A stretch of 64,000 nt of DNA from assembly GCA_020852375.1 (NCBI GenBank), contig JADZAY010000008.1, positions 9,688-73,687 on the forward strand. Reading direction: 5' to 3'. Shown here in pieces: positions 54,758 through 64,000 of this stretch (its first letter is position 1; each line of letters opens with the position of its first letter). The position numbers and the translations under genes were made by a program. This DNA comes from Candidatus Yanofskybacteria bacterium. GTDB lineage: Bacteria; Patescibacteriota; Minisyncoccia; 2-02-FULL-40-12; GWA2-44-9. Below the pieces are notes generated by a model. The model saw nothing but the letters and a program-made list of their open reading frames with translations. It was not told the origin of the DNA and did not search any database.

Positions 54758-56092
54758 ATGGCATCGCAACCGGATCGTATGGACGCTATCATCTCGCTCG
54801 CCAAGCGGCGCGGTTTTGTGTATCCGGGAAGCGATGTCTACGGCGGACTTGCGAACTCATGGGACTACGGTCCGCTGGGTGCTGAGCTGCGGCGCAATAT
54901 TAAAGAAGCGTGGTGGTGGCGTTTTGTGCAGAAGCGCGATGATGTCGTCGGCATCGAGACGGCGCTCATCATGAATCCGAAGGTGTGGCAGGCGAGCGGG
55001 CACCTGGCAACGTTCTCCGATCCGCTCGTGGAGTGCAAGAAGTGTCATGCCCGGTATCGCGCAGACCAGCTCGAGGGGGCCTGTCCGAGTTGTGGCGGCA
55101 AAGAATTCAGCGAAGCGCGCCAATTCAATTTGATGTTCAAGACGTTCATCGGCCCCGCAGAGGAAGCGGCGAATGTCGCGTACCTCCGTCCCGAAACGGC
55201 CCAGGGCATGTTCGTGAATGTGAAGAACGTGTTGGATTCCAACCGTGTGAAATTGCCGTTCGGTATCGCGCAGATCGGGAAGGCGTTTCGCAACGAGATC
55301 ACGCCGGGCAATTTCATCTTCCGCACGCGCGAGTTCGAACAGATGGAGATCGAGTACTTCATCAGGCCGCCGGCGAACGACGAGGAATGGCAGAACGTGT
55401 TCGAGCACTGGCGCAATGAGATGCATGCATGGATGCGCGATGTCGGCATTGATGCGGCGCGGGTGAGTGAGTTCGAGGTTCCCGCAGAAGACCGCGCCCA
55501 TTACTCCAAGCGCACCATTGATTTCATGTTTGCGTTCCCATTCGGGGTCAAAGAGCTCTATGGACTCGCGTATCGAACTGACTTTGACCTCAAGAATCAC
55601 ATGGAGCAGAGCGGGAAGGATCTTTCCTACCTCGATCCGGAGACCAATGAGCGTACTGTTCCGCACTGCGTAGAGCCGACGTGGGGTGTGGACCGCACCC
55701 TTCTAGCCGTGCTCCTGTCGGCCTACACCGAAGAGGGAGAGGGGGATGATGCGCGCGTGGTGCTGAAGCTGAAGCCGGCGCTTGCCCCGTTCAAGGCGGC
55801 GGTGTTCCCGCTGCTGAAGAACAAGCCTGAGTTGGTCGCCAAGGCGAAAGAGGTTCGTTCGCAGCTCATGGACGGGGATCCGCGTCTGCTTCCCATCGCA
55901 TGGGATGATCGTGGCAATATCGGCAAGCGCTACCTTGCGCAGGACGAGATCGGCACTCCCGCGTGCATCACCGTGGACTTCCAGACGCTCGAAGACGATA
56001 CGGTGACCATCCGCGACCGCGACACGAAAGAGCAGCGTAGGGTTGCGGTGGCAGACCTCCCGAGTGTGCTGGGGGAGTTCCTCGCCCGATAG
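54758..56092 (+). CDS. glyQS: Glycyl-tRNA synthetase (class II, single-chain glyQS type)
   Basis: Motif 1-3 context RRGFVYPGSDVYGGLANSWDYGPLG, FRNEITP and FEQMEIEYF. The C-terminal anticodon-binding domain follows. The start is at the ATG 21 nt inside the track ORF. Confidence 0.9.
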   Translation: MASQPDRMDAIISLAKRRGFVYPGSDVYGGLANSWDYGPLGAELRRNIKEAWWWRFVQKRDDVVGIETALIMNPKVWQASGHLATFSDPLVECKKCHARYRADQLEGACPSCGGKEFSEARQFNLMFKTFIGPAEEAANVAYLRPETAQGMFVNVKNVLDSNRVKLPFGIAQIGKAFRNEITPGNFIFRTREFEQMEIEYFIRPPANDEEWQNVFEHWRNEMHAWMRDVGIDAARVSEFEVPAEDRAHYSKRTIDFMFAFPFGVKELYGLAYRTDFDLKNHMEQSGKDLSYLDPETNERTVPHCVEPTWGVDRTLLAVLLSAYTEEGEGDDARVVLKLKPALAPFKAAVFPLLKNKPELVAKAKEVRSQLMDGDPRLLPIAWDDRGNIGKRYLAQDEIGTPACITVDFQTLEDDTVTIRDRDTKEQRRVAVADLPSVLGEFLAR

Positions 56093-56106
56093 GGAATAAA
56101 GAGAAC

Positions 56107-56135
56107 ACCCGCCTGTGGCGGGTGTTTACGCGCCC
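56107..56135 (+). terminator. Rho-independent terminator after glyQS
   Basis: ACACCCGCC-TGT-GGCGGGTGT followed by TTACG. Confidence 0.5.
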
Positions 56136-56416
56136 TTCTTGTCGCGCAACTCTGCGACGAGGAAGAATAGCATCCGGGCGGTCAGCTCGTGGGTGCGCAC
56201 CTCTTCCTCCGGCGCTCTTTCCCGAGCGCACCGCTCCTTTGCCTCTTCCGAAGACATGAGAAACGCGAGCTCCATTTCGTCGCACGCGGCATCGCGGCTC
56301 ATGCCGAATTTCCGCATGGCGGTCTCAAGCAGTTTCTCCAGTTTCGGGGCCCACTCTGCACGGAGAGCGGCGGGAATGTCCACGGAACACCTCCGGAACT
56401 GGCAGTACGGTAGCAT
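56126..56416 (-). CDS. Hypothetical small protein (weak call)
   Basis: Track ORF 56126..56464 trimmed to an internal Met so that it does not cover the promoter at 56458. Normal composition, no motif. Confidence 0.3.
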   Translation of the reverse strand: MLPYCQFRRCSVDIPAALRAEWAPKLEKLLETAMRKFGMSRDAACDEMELAFLMSSEEAKERCARERAPEEEVRTHELTARMLFFLVAELRDKKGA

Positions 56417-56457
56417 GTGGTGAGAAAAGCGCAAAACCCCCGGTTTTCGCGGATATA

Positions 56458-56487
56458 TTGACAATCTACTATATATTATGCTATAAT
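56458..56487 (+). promoter_or_regulatory. Sigma70-like promoter (TTGACA-N18-TATAAT) upstream of the lipoprotein gene
   Basis: TTGACAATCTACTATATATTATGCTATAAT within an AT-rich island. It is preceded by the hairpin AAAACCCCCGGTTTT. Confidence 0.55.
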
Positions 56488-56548
56488 ATAGCTGCCAGTT
56501 CGGTCTTTTCCAATCCCTATTTCAGACGCGGCGCTGCCGCGTCAGGAG

Positions 56549-57553
56549 GTGACCATGCGCACCCTTCTGCGTGCCGCCTTCTGCGCGGCATTCACGCTCC
56601 TGGCCGTGGCGTGCGACGGCCAGTCGCCCATGGCGGCCAGTTCTGCTCCCACGCTCGTCTCTGGCATCTTGACCGTCCGGTCGAACCGGACCGGCCAGCC
56701 GATTTCCGGAGCGGCCGTGACGGTGAGCGGCCAGCCGTTCGTTACGACCTCCGACGGGACCGTCACGCTGATGGCCATCCCGTCGGACGCCGTCTGCGTC
56801 ATCGACGCGGACGGGTACCTGCACTCCCGGGTTGCGAAGTGCGCACTCGGGGGAGTGGAGTACCTCCACCCCGACGATGCGCGGATGCCGTACGCGTCGT
56901 TGCTGTATACGCTGTACGGCAATGGCGTTCTCTACCGTACCACCACGTCGCACGTCACCGTCTTCCCGGACGCGACGTTCCGGAACGACCGTGACGCATG
57001 GCGCGATCTCGAGTGGGCGGTTGGGAAGCTCAATGCGACCCGCGACACGCTTGCGGCGGTTCCGCGTCCCGGAACCTCGATGCTGCCGACCTGGAGCATC
57101 GCGGCGAGGGACGACGAGGCGGCCGAGTTCAGGCTCGTCCTGAAGTTCGACCCCTCGAACGAGTGGTTCCACAAGCCCGGCTACGAAAATGCCGGCGCCC
57201 TGACCTTCGCGCACTACCGTGGGTACGTGCAGGTAGGGGCGGACGTCGTCTTCCAGTACCTGGGCGACGTTTTCTTCGGGGATCACTTGAAGAGGGCGGT
57301 CATCCATGAGTTCACCCACGCCATCGGTGTGGGCCACCTGCGGGAGGAAGATCCCGAGGGGATCATGGGCGGTTCCGCCCGCGGTGGAGCTCCTCTGGAG
57401 TTCAGCCCCGAGGAGTACGACCTGCTCCGTTACCTGACCGCTCGTCCGGCGGGCACCGTGCCCGTCGACGACAGCACGAAGGCCGAGGCTTCCAAGCCTG
57501 CGGCTCTCGGCAAGACGCAGACCCGTCTGGTCTGCGCGGCGAAGGTCAGGTAG
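56549..57553 (+). CDS. Secreted lipoprotein with metzincin-type zinc-binding motif (putative metallopeptidase)
   Basis: Signal peptide plus lipobox (LLAVAC). The motif HEFTHAIGVGH is HExxHxxGxxH. 334 aa. Confidence 0.6.
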   Translation: MTMRTLLRAAFCAAFTLLAVACDGQSPMAASSAPTLVSGILTVRSNRTGQPISGAAVTVSGQPFVTTSDGTVTLMAIPSDAVCVIDADGYLHSRVAKCALGGVEYLHPDDARMPYASLLYTLYGNGVLYRTTTSHVTVFPDATFRNDRDAWRDLEWAVGKLNATRDTLAAVPRPGTSMLPTWSIAARDDEAAEFRLVLKFDPSNEWFHKPGYENAGALTFAHYRGYVQVGADVVFQYLGDVFFGDHLKRAVIHEFTHAIGVGHLREEDPEGIMGGSARGGAPLEFSPEEYDLLRYLTARPAGTVPVDDSTKAEASKPAALGKTQTRLVCAAKVR

Positions 57554-57626
57554 TCCGTTCGGCCACCCCGAGCCCAGCTCGGTCGGGGTGGCCTTTTCTT
57601 TTGCCAAGATATGGTAGGATGCTCCT

Positions 57627-58100
57627 ATGCCGAACGTAACCATCAACCGAACAAAGAGCTATCTTGCCATGATCCGCAATGCGGCTGCAGGAGAGAACCG
57701 TATGTTCCGCAGTCTTATTGCCTCAGTAGACGGCGTGGAGTCTGACATCCTCAAAGATGGAGCGCTTTCCTGCGCATTTTTTGCGTCGGCAATCCTGTAT
57801 ATCAATAAGCTCATCGGCGATGTGCATGCCGGGGTGCCCGGTCTTGAGCGTGATCTTGCCGCGAGCGGGTGGCAGCAGATATCCGATCTTCGAGAGGGAG
57901 CAGTGATCGCCTGGGAGGCGCAGAAGGGGAGCTTCGTTCCCGGTATGGGAGAGGAGCATGGGCATATCGGTTTTTACATTGGCAACGACCGCGCGGTCAG
58001 TAACGGCTCGAACACGAGCCATGTACCCGAGGAACATCATGTGACCTATGACGGTACCCGAAAGATCGTGCGTATCTGGTGGCATGCTGAGCTGGAGTAA
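57627..58100 (+). CDS. NlpC/P60-like (papain-fold) putative hydrolase
   Basis: 157 aa. A candidate Cys (LSCAFFASAI), downstream HGHIGFYIGNDRAVSNGSN and a terminal His resemble the NlpC/P60-type Cys-His-His arrangement. Weak. Confidence 0.35.
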   Translation: MPNVTINRTKSYLAMIRNAAAGENRMFRSLIASVDGVESDILKDGALSCAFFASAILYINKLIGDVHAGVPGLERDLAASGWQQISDLREGAVIAWEAQKGSFVPGMGEEHGHIGFYIGNDRAVSNGSNTSHVPEEHHVTYDGTRKIVRIWWHAELE

Positions 58101-58124
58101 AGCACCGATATAGCTTTGGCGCAT

Positions 58125-58161
58125 AAAAACACAAGAGGCCTTCCGGGCCTCTTGTGTTTTT
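58125..58161. terminator. Bidirectional perfect hairpin terminator
   Basis: AAAAACACAAGAGGCC-TTCCG-GGCCTCTTGTGTTTTT, a 16-bp perfect stem with A/T runs on both sides. It lies between a plus-strand CDS and the minus-strand tRNA-Asp. Confidence 0.75.
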
Positions 58162-58164
58162 ATG

Positions 58165-58238
58165 CGCGGTGGACGGGACTCGAACCCGCGACCTCCGCCG
58201 TGACAGGGCGGCGCTCTAACCAGCTGAGCTACCACCGC
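58165..58238 (-). tRNA. tRNA-Asp (anticodon GUC)
   Basis: Sequence GCGGTGGTAGCTCAGCTGGTTAGAGCGCCGCCCTGTCACGGCGGAGGTCGCGGGTTCGAGTCCCGTCCACCGCG. CCA is not encoded. Confidence 0.85.
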
Positions 58239-58357
58239 AGTAGGCGACGGCAACGGTCGGGAGGTACCCGCTGTCACCGGGCTTCATGCGTGGATGTAGT
58301 GTACACTCTTTTTTCGCCCCGTGCAAGGTCTGGGCCGGTTTTTGGTATACTAACGGG

Positions 58358-58726
58358 ATGAGAATACGCCCGTGGGTCATTACTGGAGCGGCGTGGTGCT
58401 GTGCGGCTGCTGCCGGAGCCGTTCTGGTGCTCACAGTGACCCCGCAAGAGGCTTCGGCGGGACTTATTGCGCTGGCGTGGGGCGTTGGTTTCATCCTGCT
58501 TTGGAGCGGGGCGGCGACACTGCTCTTGCTGGCTCGCCAGTCGATCCTTCAGGCGATCTGGGCGCCCCTCCCGCTCGCTGTGGTGGTCGTTGGAGGTGTC
58601 CTTGCTCGCCATGCGTTCGGGGTAGGGTGGAGATTGCTGGGGGGCGTACTTTTGGCTACACTGTTCATATCGGCCTATGTCCTGTGGCGCCTGCGCCGCG
58701 GGTTCGAGCATGAAGAATCAGCTTGA
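58358..58726 (+). CDS. Hypothetical integral membrane protein
   Basis: The start is set at MRIRPWVITGAAW. There are 4 hydrophobic helices. Its 3' end overlaps the pheS start by about 17 bp. Confidence 0.45.
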   Translation: MRIRPWVITGAAWCCAAAAGAVLVLTVTPQEASAGLIALAWGVGFILLWSGAATLLLLARQSILQAIWAPLPLAVVVVGGVLARHAFGVGWRLLGGVLLATLFISAYVLWRLRRGFEHEESA

Positions 58727-59717
58727 TCGCATCAAAGAGGTTGCACTGAAGGATCTCGAGAATCTCCGCACGCTGGCGGAACTTGAAACTGCGCGCGTGC
58801 AGGCGCTTGGGCGGAGCTCGGAGCTTTCGCAGTTCCTCCGCTCATTGAAGGAGCGGAGCGAGGACGAGCGACGCGAGTTGGGTGCGCTTGCGAATCGCAT
58901 CCGGGGCGAACTCGAAGAGCAGTTCGAGCGGGCGAAGGAGCGCCTTGAAGATCTCGCATATGCTGCCCTCGAAAAACTCGATGTCTCCGCCCCGGGCATG
59001 AAGGTCCAGCGAGGACACGTGCACCCGCTGACCCAGGTGCAGGACGACATCAACGCCATCTTCGCGTCCATGGGATTTCGTATCGTGGAGGGCCCCGAGG
59101 TGGAAACCGAGTGGGCCAATTTCGACGCGCTGAACACGCCTCCGGACCACCCGGCCCGCGGCATGCAGGATACCTTCTGGCTCCAAGGGATGCAGCATCT
59201 GATGCGAACGCATACCAGCCCGATGCAGGTGCGCTTTATGCAGCAGCATCAGCCGCCGTTCCGCATTATCGTGCCGGGGAGGGTGTACCGCAACGAGGCG
59301 ACCGACGCTACGCACGAGTTTCAATTCCATCAGATCGAAGGACTCATGGTGACTCGCACCGGCCCCGGGGCACCGTCCATGGCGAATCTGAAAGGGGTTA
59401 TGGAGCATTTCTACCAGCGCTTCTTCCGCGATCCGAACATCGAGGTTCGTTTCAACGCTTCGTATTTCCCGTTCGTGGAGCCCGGAGTCGAGGTGTACAT
59501 CAAGGGTTCGTCAGGCAAGCTAGCGGGGAAGTGGCTGGAGGTCGCCGGTGCGGGCATGGTGCACCAGAATGTATTCGAGCATGTGGGATATGTGCGAGGG
59601 GAGATGCAGGGATTCGCGTTCGGTATGGCGCTCGAGCGTATGGCGATGCTGAAGTACAAGATCGATGATATTCGTCTGTTCAATGGCGGCGACCTTCGCT
59701 TTCTGCGGCAATTCTAG
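58710..59717 (+). CDS. pheS: Phenylalanyl-tRNA synthetase alpha subunit
   Basis: The start is set at MKNQLDRIKE.... Class II motifs are FRIIVPGRVYRNE, FHQIEGLMV and GFAFGMALERMAML. Confidence 0.92.
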   Translation: MKNQLDRIKEVALKDLENLRTLAELETARVQALGRSSELSQFLRSLKERSEDERRELGALANRIRGELEEQFERAKERLEDLAYAALEKLDVSAPGMKVQRGHVHPLTQVQDDINAIFASMGFRIVEGPEVETEWANFDALNTPPDHPARGMQDTFWLQGMQHLMRTHTSPMQVRFMQQHQPPFRIIVPGRVYRNEATDATHEFQFHQIEGLMVTRTGPGAPSMANLKGVMEHFYQRFFRDPNIEVRFNASYFPFVEPGVEVYIKGSSGKLAGKWLEVAGAGMVHQNVFEHVGYVRGEMQGFAFGMALERMAMLKYKIDDIRLFNGGDLRFLRQF

Positions 59718-59719
59718 GC

Positions 59720-61795
59720 ATGAAATTCTCCTACGAATGGATCAAAGAGCTGTCGGGCACTACGCTTTCTGCCGAGGACGCGTCTGCGGTGCTGACCGCG
59801 AAGGCGTTCGAGGTGAAAGAGTCCGGCCCTGTGCTGGATATCGACATCCTTCCGAACCGTCCTGATGCGGTATCGCATCTTGGTGTCGCGCGGGAGCTGT
59901 GCGCGCTGAGCGGGCAGCGATTCGCAGCGCCGGTATACGAGTATGCGGTCAGCGAACGACCGGATGTTGAGATCGAGATTCGCGATGCCGCTGCGTGCAT
60001 GCGGTATAGCGCGTTGATCGTCCGGGGAGTAACGGTCGGACCTTCTCCCGCGTGGCTCCGCGAGCGCCTTGAAGCGTGCGGCCTTCAGAGCATCAACAAT
60101 GTCGTCGACGTGACGAACTATGTCATGTTGGAGCTTGGGCAGCCGATGCATGCGTTCGACCGTGCGCTGATCGATCGGATCGTGGTTCGTCGTGCAGAGA
60201 CCGGTGAAACGCTCCAGGCGCTCGATGAGGCGCGCACGAGCTACGCACTCGACAACTCCATGCTCGTGATCGCTGACGGAACGCGCCCGCTCGCGATCGC
60301 CGGCATCAAAGGAGGGGTGGGGACGGGCATCACTGATGCGACGACCGATGTACTACTCGAGGCGGCGGCATTCGGCCCCGAGTCGGTCCGTGCAACGAGC
60401 CGCGCTCTGAATCTCCGCACCGATGCGTCCATTCGTTTTGGGTATGGCGTTGATCCGAACCTGACCGCTCCGGCGCTCGTGCGTGCGGGCGAGCTGCTTG
60501 CGAAGGCCGCTGGTGGGACGCCCGATTCCAGCATCATTGATGTGTATCCGAGCCCTGCATCTGATCGGGTTCTCTCGCTCGACCCCGAGTACGTACGAGC
60601 GCTCCTCGGTATTGCGATACCGAACGCGCAGATCAGGAGCATCCTCGAATCACTTAGTTTTGAAGTCACCGAGCATGAAGGGAGCATGAATGTTCGAGTG
60701 CCAACGCGACGGCTCGATGTGGTCGGCCAGGAAGATCTTGTCGAAGAGGTTGGGCGAGTCTATGGATACGACGCCATTCCCGCCGCGGCTCCGGTGCTTC
60801 CCATTTACGATCAGCATTCGTGGGTGCAGGAAGATACGGCGGTTGCGTGGGATGAGGCAAGCTTTATTCGTGAGCGAGCGGCTCTGGTGCGGCTCCTGGC
60901 GGGTGCAGGGTATGCGGAGGTGTACAATTACGTCTTTCTATCCGATGAGCTGCGGACCCTTCTGAAGCTCGAGCATTTGCACGAGCTGGCGCAACCTCAG
61001 TCCGGCGAGTATCGGTGGCTCCGCTCATCGCTGGTCCCGCGGCTCCTGGTGAACGCTCGCGACAATCTCCGCTTTGCAGAGCGGGTGCGCCTGTTCGAGA
61101 CGGGTCATACATTCAGCCGCATCGGAGAGGGGAAAGAGGATGTGCGTGTAGGGATCGTGCTTGCATCTCGCGCTGGCGGCGATGAGCTGTTCTATGAGCT
61201 GAAAGGGGTTGTTGCGCTCCTGCTTGAGCGGCTGGGCATTACCGGGACCTATTCGGACGATGCGGCTCCGTTCCCGTGGGATGCGTCCGCTGTGCATGCG
61301 ACGCTGGGAGGGCGCCAGGCGCTCGTGCGCGCTGACGACGATACGGTGCTCGGATTCATTGGTGCGGTCCACCCGCGCATCGCTTCCGCACTGAAGCTGA
61401 AGGGCTACGCCGCGATCGCGGAGCTCGACCTCCGAGCGCTGGTTCGCTTCGCGCAAGAGGAGCGCGAGTTCGCTCCGTTGCCGAAATATCCGAGTGTTGT
61501 CCGGGACATTGCGCTCTTTGTCGACCAGGGCGTGAAGATCGATGATATCATTCAGACGATTCACGGCGCCGATCCCAGCGATCTCGTCGACGATGTCGAT
61601 GTCTTCGATATCTTTGTGCCGACCGGCACTGAAAAGCTCAAGGCGGAGGGGGATACTCCGGAGTATGGCAAGAGTGTGGCATTCCACCTCGTATTCCGTT
61701 CCGACGAGCGGACCCTGACGGACGCGGAAGTTGATGCCGCCGAGGTCGTGATCAAGCAGGCGCTCCAGGAGAAACTCAACGCCCGCGTGCGGTGA
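59720..61795 (+). CDS. pheT: Phenylalanyl-tRNA synthetase beta subunit (short form)
   Basis: 691 aa. B3/B4, B5 and C-terminal catalytic-like/anticodon-binding domains are present. It starts 3 nt after the pheS stop. Confidence 0.9.
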   Translation: MKFSYEWIKELSGTTLSAEDASAVLTAKAFEVKESGPVLDIDILPNRPDAVSHLGVARELCALSGQRFAAPVYEYAVSERPDVEIEIRDAAACMRYSALIVRGVTVGPSPAWLRERLEACGLQSINNVVDVTNYVMLELGQPMHAFDRALIDRIVVRRAETGETLQALDEARTSYALDNSMLVIADGTRPLAIAGIKGGVGTGITDATTDVLLEAAAFGPESVRATSRALNLRTDASIRFGYGVDPNLTAPALVRAGELLAKAAGGTPDSSIIDVYPSPASDRVLSLDPEYVRALLGIAIPNAQIRSILESLSFEVTEHEGSMNVRVPTRRLDVVGQEDLVEEVGRVYGYDAIPAAAPVLPIYDQHSWVQEDTAVAWDEASFIRERAALVRLLAGAGYAEVYNYVFLSDELRTLLKLEHLHELAQPQSGEYRWLRSSLVPRLLVNARDNLRFAERVRLFETGHTFSRIGEGKEDVRVGIVLASRAGGDELFYELKGVVALLLERLGITGTYSDDAAPFPWDASAVHATLGGRQALVRADDDTVLGFIGAVHPRIASALKLKGYAAIAELDLRALVRFAQEEREFAPLPKYPSVVRDIALFVDQGVKIDDIIQTIHGADPSDLVDDVDVFDIFVPTGTEKLKAEGDTPEYGKSVAFHLVFRSDERTLTDAEVDAAEVVIKQALQEKLNARVR

Positions 61796-61849
61796 GAAAA
61801 ATCGGCGTTTTGACGCCGTTTTTTGCCCATTTGTCCAGTTGATTTTTGA

Positions 61850-64000
<2,151 letters not shown>

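Overview
GC-rich bacterial window (about 60% GC by eye) with tightly packed, often overlapping genes and a short 508-aa IF-2. With the competence/type IV pilus gene set and many small hypothetical membrane proteins, this suggests a reduced-genome lineage, possibly Patescibacteria/CPR-like. This placement is inference only.

Housekeeping genes recognised: nfo, yraN, comM, pnp, rpsO, infB, ligA, gatC, gatA, ileS, the single-chain glycyl-tRNA synthetase, pheS, pheT, recO, a partial gyrB, a XerC/D-family recombinase and an ABC exporter. Seven RNA elements are present: tRNA-Arg(CCG), tRNA-Leu(UAA), tRNA-Cys(GCA), tRNA-Ser(GCU), tRNA-Asp(GUC), a truncated tRNA-Cys 5' half and a non-canonical tRNA-Cys-like element.

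Accessory content:
- A complete type IV pilus/competence cluster at 20.2-31.3 kb: pilM, pilN, pilO, pilB, pilC, a major pilin, pilD and four minor pilins, with comFC adjacent and three unknown genes embedded.
- The best candidate for an undescribed system lies in a roughly 7-kb segment wedged between ligA and gatC: a diversity-generating retroelement. A variable repeat (VR) sits at the 3' end of a 722-aa AAA(AAA_5/MoxR-like) ATPase gene. An adenine-only-mismatched template repeat (TR) lies 404 bp downstream. A divergently oriented avd and a DGR-type reverse transcriptase follow, and the RT is directly followed by a 624-aa HExxH + von Willebrand A protein. So the retroelement appears to diversify the C-terminus of an AAA ATPase that pairs with a VWA/metalloprotease-like partner.

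Other notable items:
- A GIY-YIG nuclease gene sandwiched between an intact tRNA-Cys and a truncated, hairpin-interrupted tRNA-Cys 5' half.
- An isoleucyl-tRNA synthetase carrying an inserted histidine-phosphatase (RHG) domain.
- A dense array of TGGCACC/GGTGCCA octamers in an intergenic region.
- Large hairpins/palindromes 3' of tRNA-Ser.
- Several near-consensus sigma70 promoters and hairpin terminators.

Coordinates of CDSs follow the supplied ORF track, with starts adjusted to plausible internal Met codons where stated. Coordinates of RNA and repeat features were read by eye and may be off by 1-2 nt.
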